Below the pieces are notes generated by a model. That model had not been told where the DNA came from, did no database searches, and saw only the letters and a list, made by a program, of their open reading frames with translations. From Vicugna vicugna (taxonomy: Eukaryota), in contig MU057560.1 in assembly GCA_013265495.1 (NCBI GenBank), positions 124,001 to 188,000 on the forward strand: a stretch of DNA of 64,000 nt, given 5' to 3'. This document shows, in pieces, positions 12,780-24,424 of this stretch (the first letter of the stretch is position 1; every line of letters begins with the position of its first letter). The position numbers and the translations under genes were made by a program.

Positions 12780-14760
12780 GTATAAAGCACATTAATAAAT
12801 TAAACACTCCTGAACGTACCAACCAGTCTAACCAGAAGAAAGCCAAGGGCACTGAGAGGCCAGCAGACCCCATCCCTCTAATTTCCCTGGAAATAATGAA
12901 CACAACTGGGTGTTAATCATTTCTTTGTCAATTAAGAATAGTTTTGTGACATATTCATATTTTATTAGACAGCATGTGACTCCCTTCTCCTTGTTTTTGA
13001 ATGTTATAAAAATGGCATTACATTATGTGCATCCTTCCACAGCTTACATTTTTAACTCAGTATTCGGTTTCTGAGACTGAATGTTTTTGTTACATGTGGC
13101 TGTGTTCCAATATTTCTGCCATTGTATAATGCTCAATTTGTGCAAAAATACTATCATTTCTTTATCAGTTCTCTAGTTATTAGTTTGTGTTTGGTTTTTG
13201 TTTCTATTAGAAACATTGATTCTATTAACATTAATAAGAATCAACACATTTTCTAAGCACTGCAACTAATCTTCTTTACATTTAATAAATTATTCCATTT
13301 CACATAAATTTTATATTTTCTCCATAAATATATTACATAGATTTTTCAAAAAATTATTTTTTAGGTTTTATATATATTGTTATCATAAATGTTATTTTTA
13401 AAGTTTGAATTGATTTTTCTGTTGGTTCCTGGTAAATGGAAACTCAATTAATTTTGTAAATTATACTTAATATTACCCACTGAAACGCATCATCAGCGTC
13501 AACATTCTAAGTTATTACATAATGAAACTGGAAACCCAGAAGTCGTATTTCCCAAAAAGCGTTGCCAGAAGGTTACTGGATAAGATTCTGTGCATAGGAG
13601 TGAGCCATCTAAGTGTAAGAGAAGTGAGTGCATCACTTGCTCGCTTGGAAGCCACAGGCAGACATGCACACTTTGCCAGCTGCTGCGAGCCTCTGAAACT
13701 CAGTGCTCTGGTGCTTCCGGAGGCCGAGACCATCAGCGCTGATTTCTGGGTTCCGTAAACTAGAAATGGCTCCCTTGATCTTTGTTCTCCAGGCCTTTCA
13801 GTGCCTTCATAAGCTTCTGTTGTTCTGCAAAAACATGTTGAAGTCCTAACCCCTAGTATCTGAGAATGAGACTTTATTTGGAAATAGGGTCCTTGTAGGT
13901 GTAATTAAATAAGATGAGGTTATACTGGGAGTGGGGTGGGCCTAAAACCAACATGACTGGAATCCTTACAAGAGGAGAAGAAACACAGAGTCAGACAAAG
14001 GTGCACAGGGAAGAAGTCCATGTGAAGACAGAGGCGGAGATTGGAGCGGTGCATCTAAGCCAGGAATGCCACGGATTGCCACAACCACCAGAAGCTAGGA
14101 GACACAAGGGAAGACTCTTCACAGGGCCTTCAGAGAGAACACGGCCCAGCTGATGATTTGATTTTGGAATTACAGCCCCCAGAACTGCAAGAGAATGCAT
14201 TTCAATTGTTTTAGGCCACCTTGTTTGTGGTAAACTGTTACAACAGCCCCAGGAGACAGATACGGCCTCAGTTCCTTGAATTAAACTATTTTCTGTTTGA
14301 AATATGCACAGCAGTTTATTTTCCCTGGTAGAATGCTGATATATCGACTTCATACCTTCCAACTCACTATGTTTAGTGTGAGTTAACAATTTGTGTATGA
14401 TATCTTTTTGGCTTTTTCTTTAGCAACCATATTCTCTTCCTACTGCTTTGACTTTGACTTTTTTCTTGTCCTATTGCACTGGTGAGAAGCACCAGTGTAG
14501 TACCGAATAGCAACATGGTAATTCTTGCCTTATTCCTGCTTTTAAAGTAAACCTGCCAAATATTTTGGTGTGAATGATGGCATTTTTGGTAGTTTTGGTA
14601 GATTCGTTTTGCCAGGTTAAGGGCATTGTCTTTATTCTTTATTTGTTAAGATTTAAAACAAACAAAAAATGGGGTTTAATTGTATCAAATTATTGTTCTG
14701 CAATTATTGGAACAAAGTTGTTTTTAACCAGTTAATGTGAGTTTTATTCACGATAAGCCA
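12780..14760 (-). mobile_element. Old L1 (L1ME-like) 3' fragments flanking an MLT1 insertion
   Basis: T-rich strand with L1M 3' motifs at about 12780-13500. Antisense ORF2-like sequence at about 14270-14760 ('cttattgcactggtgagaagcaccagtgtag...ttcttgccttattcctgcttttaaag'). Confidence 0.65.
13820..14263 (+). mobile_element. Near-complete MLT1B/C MaLR solo LTR
   Basis: 'atgttgaagtcctaacccctagtatctgagaatgagactttatttggaaataggg...catgtgaagacagaggcggagattggag...ccaccagaagctagg...gttacaacagccccaggagacagatac'. Confidence 0.92.
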
Positions 14761-14919
14761 CCTTTGATGCCCACATAGCAACAGACGCAGCCTATACCAG
14801 TGTACCCCGTATACGGTAAGGATGTCTTCTTCTCCCATGTGTTTCCCCTTTCAGATGAGCCTCAGCTCTTTACTCAAGAGGAAGCAGAGAGTGAACGCCA
14901 CAGACAGACTAAAGTTTGC

Positions 14920-15080
14920 CAAGTTCCAGCTCTTGGCCTTAGCTTCTAATTTATCATCTGATGATAGTAGTTTAAATTTTCTGGGATTATTGTGAAGATT
15001 AAATGAGTGGAAGTCCTCAAAGCAGTACTTGACTCCCAGTAAGTGTGACATAAATGCAAGGAAACTTACCATTAATCAGC
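14920..15080 (+). mobile_element. MIR SINE fragment
   Basis: 'gggattattgtgaagattaaatgag...cagtaagtgtgacataaatg' matches the MIR 3' half. Confidence 0.65.
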
Positions 15081-15622
15081 GCTATTGTATGTGGCCCCAG
15101 TGCGATGACAACTACAAAGTGAACAGAGCCACTGAAAGCACGCGATGGCACTTAGTTATAATATGGTCTTTGAGATGATCCAAAAGACGCTTTTTATCAT
15201 TATTAGATGAATATTAAAATAAAAACATGTAATTAAAAAGTGTATTTTCTTAAACATATTTATTGGAGCACCAAGAGTACATCCTTGTTCTCCTGGGACC
15301 AAAGATATCACCTGGAAAAATATTAGTCCAGAAAACAGGGACCACAATGATGCAGCATTATACACGCCCGGTGCCCAGCACTGTGCCATGCGTACAGTGT
15401 GGCGCTAAGAGCAAGTGCAGGAGCAGTGCAGGCGCTGAATCCACGCTACATTCAGTGTGTTCTGGTAGGCCAGAAGTCTGTTGTCATTTAGCTCCTTTGA
15501 ATTTTTTACATGTGTCTTTGTTAATTTCACAAAAATTTTGTCTGATTTTGATGATCTCAGTGTGAAGGTAAAATTTAAAATAAATTTATAATTCAGTACA
15601 ATTTTTAAAATATATTAGGGAT

Positions 15623-15904
15623 GAGAAGGGTAAATTGGGAGTTTGGGATTGATGGATACACACTACTATGTACAGAATAGATAAACGACAAGGTCCTACT
15701 GCATAGCCCAGGGAACTATATTCAATGGCCTGTAGTAACCTGTAATGAATAAGAATAGGAAAAATAATATGTATATACAGAACTACTACACATATATGTA
15801 TATATACACATGTATCTGTATATATGTATAAGTGAAACACTATGCTGTACACCAGGAAAAATACAACATTGTAAATCAACAACTGAAAATTAAAATAAAA
15901 ATAA
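15623..15904 (+). mobile_element. 5'-truncated younger L1 3'UTR with A-rich tail and 16-bp TSD
   Basis: Cetartiodactyl-type L1 end ('gggagtttgggatt...acaaggtcctactgcatagcccagggaactatattcaa'). The TSD aaaatatatta(g/a)ggat is at 15607-15622 and 15905-15920, at a TT/AAAA site. Confidence 0.92.
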
Positions 15905-16929
15905 AAAATATATTAAGGATAGTTGATTCACTTTAAAAATTAATATTTCATCCAGGTACATGAGTGAGGTCTGTAGTTCATAAACCCGCAAGTTGATAAA
16001 TATCTGTATGTTCTTTGCCCCCAAGCAGCATGGACAAGTAGAATTAGAAAATAAGAAAGCTGGCCCTCAAGATTCTAAATGTGAGAAAAGAATTAAAATG
16101 CACAGATATTTAACTTCTAGTAGGTTTGTGAACTGCTGACCCACATGGTGTATTCAGCTGAAATATCAATGAAGATTTTGTCAGCTTCTGAATGTATGTT
16201 TAGTTGTATAATCATCCAAACCAACTAGCAAATTGCAATGTCTAGGAATCATCTGCTCTCTCTTCAGTCACAGGGGTGGAAATTGCAAAACTTCATGTGG
16301 ACTTTTCACTAAGGAGGCCAAAGGTGTTCCTTTAGGAAAGGTCATAGCTGAATTTTTGACCCATGGTTCTGCACTAAACAAATCTAAGGCTCAGCAAACA
16401 GAGATGGTTTCCCACAGGAAAGGCACAGGATCGCTTCCTGCTTCAAGGCTCTCCTCAGACCGGCTCCCGATGCTGCCAGACACCATTTCCGATCGCTGCA
16501 CATGTGTTTATTTGCATGTGAGAGGATTAGTCACATGTTTCCCAAATCACAGGTTTTAGTCTCAGAAGTGTGCTTAGGAGATTACATCCCTAAATTAATA
16601 TGGAAAGCGATGCTCTGTGAACATAGCAGATGAGCGACTCAGGAACTCATAACTCTTTCATTCCCACTCAATTATCTCTTTAGTTTCTATACACCCAGCA
16701 TACCCTATCACTAGCTATTCTTGAAGGGTTTCTCAAAACAGCTTATGAGAATGTTACAACAGCAAAGAAAAACACCTAAAGACTAATAATAAACATTAAT
16801 GGTTGATAGCTATTGTTTTATATCAGATTGCAAATGGTCAAATGGGATTTCTTCACTCGAGAAAATAAGGTTACTACAAAAGAGAGGTTTTGACTATTAA
16901 AACCTTTGATTACGAAAGAGTGATGCTGA

Positions 16930-17072
16930 GGGGGCAAAGAGCATAGCTCAGTGGTAGAGTGCGTGCTCAGCATGCACGAGGTCGTGGGCTCAATCCCCTG
17001 TACCTCCATTAAATAGATAAATGAATAAATAAACCTAATTACCTCTTCCCTCCAAAAAAATCCCACACAAAA
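16930..17072 (+). mobile_element. tRNA-Ala(AGC)-derived SINE, camelid Vic-1 type
   Basis: Head 'tagctcagtggtagagtgcgtgctcagcatgcacgaggtcgtgggctcaatcccc', body 'aaataaataaacctaattacctc', then an A-rich tail. The B-box is mutated (GCTCAATCC). Confidence 0.9.
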
Positions 17073-17569
17073 CAAAAGAGAGGTGCCTTGTTTATGATTT
17101 CAACAACAAAGTGGACTCACTAAGGGGAAACACTAAAGCGAAACACTGAGCAGGGGCGAAAACTGCCAATTCAGCAGAAGGGCAGATTTTGTTTGCTCTC
17201 AGATGCAGCTGCTACTGCAGGGCTCAGTTTTAGAAGAGGCAGTGGCACCGGAGAGTTTAAGGATATATTTGCACCTGGGACCAAAGCTCTGGAAGCTTAC
17301 TGCCAAAAGAGCAGTTTTCACATGACAAGACAACACACAGGATCAGAGGTATGGAAAGGTCATAGGACTGAGGTTCATGTCTCATTGATTTTCTTGCCTA
17401 GATTTTAGTGATCTTGACATAAACCAAACATGGAAAGATGGGCAATGAATTCATCTGAGTTTGTAGGCTGCATCAAGGGCAGACAATGAGTCACAGTGCA
17501 GGGCCAGCGTTTTAGGGAAGGGACTAGGAAGTAAGGATGGACATAAAGGGGGTGGAGGTAATATCAGAC

Positions 17570-17750
17570 CGGTGCCCACAACGTGTTAGGCTTGGCTTTT
17601 TTGATTCTCACAGGAACCCTCTGGGTAGAGTGTGATTATGCATTTCTACATTTCAGGCACTGACTCATGTCAGAGATAAGGAAGAACCTTTAGGCCACAC
17701 AGCTGGTAATTGATGGAGCAGAAGTGAAAAACCAGCTCTCAGCTGATTGC
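17570..17750 (-). mobile_element. MIR SINE
   Basis: 'ttctcacaggaaccct...aggccacacagctggtaattgatggagcagaa' is antisense MIR. Confidence 0.65.
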
Positions 17751-19593
17751 AACGTCTCCCCACCATGCCCCGCCTTCCCCACGTTGGGATGTGCAGGGCA
17801 CGAACACATCTTCACTAGCAGGTGCTGGGACCAAGCCGTGAACCTTCCATGCTGGAAGTCCATGAAACCTCCCTGTGAGAGGTCAGCTCATGGCAGCAAA
17901 GAGTCCCACAACTGAAACTGACTTACAAGGGGCCTGAAGCTATAAAGCAATTATTGGTAAACTGGAGCTTGGGGTTAGGGTTAAGGTTTAGGACAAGGTC
18001 TTGGTTATAGGAAGCGTTAAAAAATCAAATCAAAACAAAACATGTTGGGCCAGTCAGAGCAACGACCAAAGAGGGTTGCTGGGGTCTCGGACACTCGGGT
18101 CTAGAGGAGACCTAAGGTTAGTTGGGTTCGGCTACCCTCAAACTCCGTAGTACTGCCAGCAGACGGTCCGCTAAAGCTTGCGTGAGGACCCTACTGAGCA
18201 GCCCCCTAGGGAGCCCACTTTCTTTATGCCCCTTAATGATTAGAAATTGTCTTCTTCATTTTGGGTAGGGCCCAATGCTCTCTATCAGGCATCCTTACTG
18301 CCCTTGTTTCTCTGGGCTCAAGAATGGTGTCTGGACACTGGAACAGGATGATGATTACTAGCGGGAGTTACGTAGCCTGATGAGGAGTTTGGGGCCACGC
18401 AGGGGCAAGGCGCCAGGAAGGTGTCCACACGTGGCTTCATTTTGCAGAAGAAAATGGGGATACACAACAATGGGAGAGTTTGTAGAGCGAGTTTATATGA
18501 GCGGGGATTAGTGTCAAGAGTGTTTAACTTCTTAACTTGTTTCTACAACCACATGTTACCAAGATCATCACAGGTGGACATTGCTACTTAAGAACCTAAA
18601 GCTTGTCCACAGTGTTGTTCCAGGCTGATGATGATAAGTTCTACGTGAAGTCCTCCTTAGAAAGCATTCTATTAGCTGCTCCAGTCCCCATCCCAAGTGC
18701 ACTTGTGCCTGTTCCTCACGCTCGAGTTTGTGCTGTTTTGTTCTCTGGACTAGGGCATCAGATCTTTCTTCTCACAAGGTCTCTGGATGAACTGAGCCAT
18801 CTTCTTGCAAAGTGGGACAATCCTCCCTCAAGCCTCTTTGGGAGTCTCCTTTCTTCCCACAATGTGTGTTTCATCTCTCTCTCTTTTTTTTTTTTTCATT
18901 TTGATCTGGTAACAGCATTGATCAGACTTGCGAAGTACGTCCATTTTCCATACAGGGGAAGGATTCTTTTGTTGTTTCTGTCTTCCAGACACATGTTTAT
19001 AAATCTCCTCATGCCTGTTCTTGTAAATAAATGTCGTGTCCCTCCTTTTCTTATTTAAAGAAAGATGCATCATGGTAGTGTGTTTTTTTAAAAATCTATT
19101 TTAGCTGGTAATAGAGTCCTAGCAAATTTGAAATTCTTGCCTCACCTTCTGCGTTCTTATTTGTTTTTTTTTTCATTGACTTTTAAATAAGAGGAGAAGC
19201 TGGCAAGGATGGTCTTTACCACCTCCAAGGTTACAAGTCCTCTGAGGCATCACATATAAGAGACCCACAGAGGAGTGTCTCCTTCGAGCATTCACACTGA
19301 CTAGTACTGCTTCATGAGTAGGTTCATTAAAAGAATAGATGTGTCTGTTGTTGATAAACTATAAGACATCCTCTTTAATACCACTGTAATTTCCAGCACT
19401 TGTAAACTAGTTAAAACGACACAGGCAGTTGGAGGTGTGCTATGGAAAACAAGTGAAAGCAAAGGCTTAGTATTTCTAATTACGTGGTTGTGCAAAGACA
19501 TGACACGCTTTCCGTTTTGGTGAGGGAGGGGAGAGGGTGTGTCTCCCATGCCTTGTCCGGTGACATTTCATTCACACCAAAAAGCAGGGTTGA

Positions 19594-19745
19594 GGGGGGA
19601 GGGTATAGCTCAAGTGGTAGAGCGCATGCTTAGCATGCACGTGGTCCTGTGTTCAATCCCCAGGACCTCCTCTAAAATAAGTAAATAAATAAACCTAATT
19701 GTCTCCCCACTTAAAAAACCAAAAACTAAAAACAAAAAACAAAAC
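19594..19745 (+). mobile_element. tRNA-Ala(AGC)-derived SINE, camelid Vic-1 type
   Basis: 'ggggagggtatagctcaagtggtagagcgcatgcttagcatgcacgtggtcctgtgttcaatccccaggacctcc', the same body as the 16930 copy, and an A-rich tail. Confidence 0.92.
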
Positions 19746-19774
19746 AGTATTGAATACAGGATGATTATGGATTA

Positions 19775-19953
19775 AATACAGATGGCCAGTTAAATTTGAA
19801 TTTCAGATAAACAAGAAATAAGTTTACATATAAATATTTTCCAAATAGGACACGGGACATACTTATGCTGAAAAACTCTGTATTTGTTGTTTATCCAAAA
19901 TTCAAATTTAACTGGGCATCCTGTATGCTTACTTGCTAAATCTAGCGACCCTA
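19775..19953. mobile_element. MER53 palindromic non-autonomous DNA transposon
   Basis: Inverted arms at 19786-19814 and 19887-19915 are 27/29 complementary. The centre reads 'gggacatacttatgct' and the terminus 'ttgctaaatctagcgacccta'. Confidence 0.88.
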
Positions 19954-20089
19954 AAAATGAGTTGGTTGATACCAAAAAGTAAAATATGTGTTAGTGTCCC
20001 TCAAAACAAAATATGCCTTCATGGCAATCTAGAATTATTGTCATAATTTGATGTTATAATCTATATCTGTGGAGTTTCCAAAAGGCTTA

Positions 20090-20250
20090 CATAAACATTA
20101 TCCATGAACAAGATAAACCTAATTGTTCCCATTCTACAGGTGAGGAAATAGATGTCCATAACGGTCGAGAGAACTGCCCCAGAGTCAAAACGGTCCATAG
20201 GAGATGGAACCAAAACTAGCGCCGAGGTCTTTTGCTTCCTAATCCATATT
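20090..20250 (-). mobile_element. MIR SINE
   Basis: 'cccattctacaggtgaggaaatagatg...aactgccccagagtca' is an antisense MIR core. Confidence 0.75.
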
Positions 20251-21959
20251 TCTCGGTTGACTTAAAGGTAATTGATTGGATTATACATGATTTAATCCAT
20301 GTACTCATATTAGTCACAATCACCATCCCTGGGCAGTAATTCTATTTTTTGGCAATAGCCGCTCTGCTTTGAATTGAAAATGACCAAGCAAGCGTCTGAA
20401 TCCAACTGCGCGCAGGAAGCAACGTGGACCGTGTTGGAAGCTCTGTATTAATATGCACAGCATGGCACGAGATAGCTGGTTGTTGGTGACATTTCCCCAC
20501 CATTTCTGGAGACGTCTGTAACTTTATATATATTTGATGTGTTTCCATTTCCCGTACAAGTGGCAGTGTAATCTGGTGTCAAGTAACTACGTGGTTGTTA
20601 AGAATAATTCTCAGGCACTGTTGGTTTTCTAGCCGAGAAAAGATGAAAGTAACTTCATGACACTTCCATCCCCAGATCTGGAGAAGAGTCTCCTATCTGG
20701 CTGCATTTGCAGGGCTGGCACTCACAGAAACACAGACTTTTCACTTAAAATTCTGCCCTTCTGTGAGACACTGAGTGATGATCTTGGAACCAGACAGAAT
20801 TGACCGGAATTTGTGAAAAGGTAATCAGCTATTCCTTGCCGACTGAAACCAGTGACTATATGTACACATTTCTTTGAGAATCTGTTCTTTTTGTTGCAGA
20901 ACAGATGTCTGGGAGGTTTTTGGCAGGCCCCACTCCGTCAAACAGTCCAGTTTTGACAGTTTCTTGCTTGAGGGATGGCTGAAATGCAAAGTATTTCTGA
21001 GCAGAATATCATAGTCATCTGGCTGTTAATTACTGTGTCTGCCTTGGTATAAATAATTAATTATGCAAACCCCACACAGCTGCTGCTGGATGGAGTTAAG
21101 TGACTTGCTGTCAGTCTCACAGTTCTGGGAAGGAAAGGGGGATTTAGAAAAACACGCTCTGTCACTGTGGGGAGGCGACACCCGTCAAGGTCCTTCTGTG
21201 GTCAGATGAAAGATCATTGTAACCGAGTATGGGGGTGTGTGTGTGTGTGTTTCAAATAAGTGAATAATATCTCCTAATTTATATTAATTGGCCCAAAAAG
21301 CAATTTCCTTTCCTAGTTAAGTAGTGGCTTTCTAGGAATCCAAACACAACGTCGGAGAATCATTACAGATCTGGTTCCTGAATCCTTCTCATTTGTCATC
21401 ACATTCGTAAGTCTCAGCTGTTCAAGATGCTCCCTGAAGCAGAACATTTAGGTCACACTGAGTAAGGTAAACTTTTTTTTTTTAAATCTCCAGGAAGGCA
21501 CTGACACTACCAGCTCATTCCATTCATATTGCAGATTTATGCAAGTTTCACCAATCTGGTCAGTAATGAATACACAAATGTCGAGAGTGCTCGGAACTGA
21601 TAATGCATCCATTAATTTTTTTTTCTCTCTCTCCATTAATGGACTCAAGTGCAAATGATTTCTCTATGCTTAGCTCTAACTAGATGGATATAGGCTAAGT
21701 GCTCATTCTGTGTAACTTTTTCTTTTCCTTTTTTTTTTCTTTTTTGGCCAAATAGCATTGCATGTAGCAACAGTGAGAGAAAAAAGGGGGTTAGAAAAAC
21801 ACCTCTAAAACCAAGGCTTTCAAGGATTTATCAGATGGTTTTGTTTTGTGCAAATATTGACATTGCTGTGATGAAGCAAACGTCCAGAGCTTACAAAGAA
21901 TGTTGGGAAGACGAGCAGCAGAATCTCCCTCGAGCAGCAGCTGTGGTGGCGTGGACACT

Positions 21960-22140
21960 GGTGGTGGGCCCGGCACCACGGGCTCTGGGCTCTCTCACGT
22001 CCCAGCTGGATAATTTAGGGCAGTTCATAAAAGGCTTAGGAAACTTCCTCTTCTGCTCTCACCCAGGATCGCCGATAGAATTAAATGAGATCATCAGTAT
22101 GAGGGCACTTTGCCAACGAGGATGCTGTGTGAAAATATAG
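21960..22140 (+). mobile_element. MIR SINE (degraded)
   Basis: 'cagctggataatttagggcagttc...agaattaaatgagatcatcagtatgagggcactttg'. Confidence 0.55.
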
Positions 22141-22229
22141 AATATCATCCCACCTTCAGCAGTTAGGCATTGGGCGTGGAGGGCTAATGATGCACCTGCT
22201 CGATACATCTCTTCCTTATTAATCCACCT

Positions 22230-22560
22230 CCTCATTTATTCAGCCAGCAAGATTTTGTTGTCTATTATTCACACACTAGGAGCTGCTGTGATGAAAAAGA
22301 CAGAAATAGCCTCTACCTTTGTGGAGCTCACAGTCTGAGCATACATGAGAAAAATAATTACAAATCGAGTTAAGTGCTAAGAAGAAAACGGAATGAGGCA
22401 GGGGGTGGAGAGGGGGTGAGGGTGCAGTTTTAGGGAGGGCACTCAGGAAAGCCACGAAGGGGAAACCTAATTCTTAAAACACCCGGATGAGGAGATGGAC
22501 TCGGCCATGCAAGTGCCAAGGTCCCCAAATGCCAATGCGCTCTGCCCGCGGGCAGTGGGG
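22230..22560 (-). mobile_element. LINE-2 3' fragment
   Basis: 'atttattcag...gtgatgaaaaagacagaaatagcctctacctttgtggagctcacagtct' is the antisense L2 3' end. Confidence 0.75.
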
Positions 22561-23849
22561 GATGCTGGCCGGACTGTTTCAGGCAGAGGGTGCGATGGGG
22601 CATGAAACCCACCCATCTCCCTCTTCTTATTAGATCACAGGACAAAACTTCAGCACACAACATCTCTGTGATTTTCATTTTACAAGACGTAGCGTGTGGC
22701 TTTAATCGGTTTGATTTTCTTGACGGAACAATTAGGTTGTTCTTGCTTGGAGAAAATTGGTGTTGCACAGAAAAATGGGTGAAAAAATCCCAAGGTGTGT
22801 GCCTTTAAGGAACTACACATCTGAAATATCTGCATTGATTTAGTTTTCTTTCCTGGTGGACTCCAACCTAATGCTTTTCAAAGCCTCGTTACACCTTATA
22901 GAACAAACCGTTGACAATACATGGGAGGTAAAGAAAATGAGAGCTTCCTTTAAGTCCTTGTATGTGACACCTTTAATATCAGATTCAACTAAATTTATAT
23001 ACTGTCAGACCAATTTTTCACTGGCACCGATATTAAGAGTTGTATTTAAATAAAACATCTGCTAAGATGAGAAGTCAGCACACTTAAAAATTCTGGATTC
23101 TCTTTTGCTGAAAAAAGCAAATAATGTCCCATCTCCCTACACAGTCCTCCCTTCTTTGTGTGGAACGATTTAGATAATTGTTTTTTTACTTTCCTGTATG
23201 TTAATGGTGATGCTGCATTCATGCCCAGATGTTTGAGCTGAAGGTAGCATCCGGATGGGTGTCTAAAGATTGGGAGAACCTTGGTTCATTTTTCATTCCT
23301 CTTCCACCTGCCTTGAAAGTAAGGATTATTCATTAGAACCAAGCGGTCAACCAGGGGCATTCTCATGTTCCACCAGAGTCAGTCAAGAGACTTTGCCTCA
23401 TGTTTAGAATAATTACTTCGGTATGCCAAAGGTTAGAGTTTCTTAACAATGGCTCAATGTTGTAAATGCATCAGTATCAGAAGCACTTACTAGAAACAAT
23501 TATTCAGCCAAGGGTTGCAGATTGGTAAAGAGAGTACAGTTTAGTGCAAAATAATGTAAACTACAACCAGAGGACCTGGTATCTTGTATCTTTTTTTCTC
23601 CCTTGTCTTAATGCTAGGAACATGATAAATGTGTCTGATTTAATAGTAAATAGTACAAAAGTTCTTATGTTGATAAACACCAGTTGGGTACTCCACCACA
23701 CCCAACTCCAGCACCTCCTCAAAAAATTTCACCACATTTCATTTCAGTTCTGGTAGTTACCTTTGCATCTAAATATGCTTATAATATTTAAACAGATGTT
23801 GATCATTAATTTCTAGTTACGAAAGATGGGACTTAATCTCACTTTGTTT

Positions 23850-24420
23850 CTTCATTTAATTATTCAACATTAATGTCTCTGGTATTCTAATTTCTGAGAA
23901 TATTAACAATGAAAAGACATGACAACTCTGTCCCTGTGGAGGTTACCTTCTAGGGGAGGAGACATATACAGATAGACACACAATACAAGTCTACATAGTG
24001 ATCAGTTCTGTAAAGAACAATTAAGAAGTACACGGAAGTGAAAAATTGAAATTATCCTATTTTAGGTAAGATGACCATGGAGGGCATTTCTGATAAAGTA
24101 ATACTAGTAATCTGAAGTAGTTAAATCTTTGGGAGAAAAGTCTTCCTGAAAGAAGGAACAGAAAATCTAAAATTGTGATAGGGAGTTTCTTTGTCATTTT
24201 CAAGGAGAAGCAAGGAGGGTTTGGGGCTGATGTGGGCCGTTTGGCCACAGAATAGCACGTCAGAGAGAAAATGCTAAGCTCTTTGGGCTGGGGGTGTCCC
24301 AGGGACCGGCTCCAGGGGAAAACTGTAGGCAATTACTGCATATTCAAATTTATTCAAAGTTTGTGGGGAAACTGAAGAGTTTGGAGTAGAAGAGCTGAAT
24401 AATTTGCCTTATTTATGGAA
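23850..24420 (-). mobile_element. LINE-2 3' fragment
   Basis: 'tcatttaattattcaaca...ctctgtccctgtggaggttaccttctaggggaggagac...aaggagaagcaaggaggg'. Confidence 0.8.
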
Positions 24421-24424
24421 CTGT

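Noticed and set aside
16930..17008. tRNA-Ala(AGC) gene
   Set aside because: The T-loop/B-box is mutated, the acceptor stem is disrupted, and a SINE body and A-tail follow. It is a SINE head.
17971..18010. Interstitial telomeric repeat (ggggttagggttaaggtttagg)
   Set aside because: Only one exact TTAGGG unit, too short and degenerate to call.
18083..18112. Paired BsaI sites (GGTCTC...GAGACC) with XbaI, suggesting a synthetic insert
   Set aside because: No vector or marker sequence nearby, and 6-mer coincidences are expected in 64 kb.
19594..19670. tRNA-Ala(AGC) gene
   Set aside because: It shares the non-tRNA body and tail with the 16930 copy and has stem mismatches. It is a SINE, not a tRNA gene.
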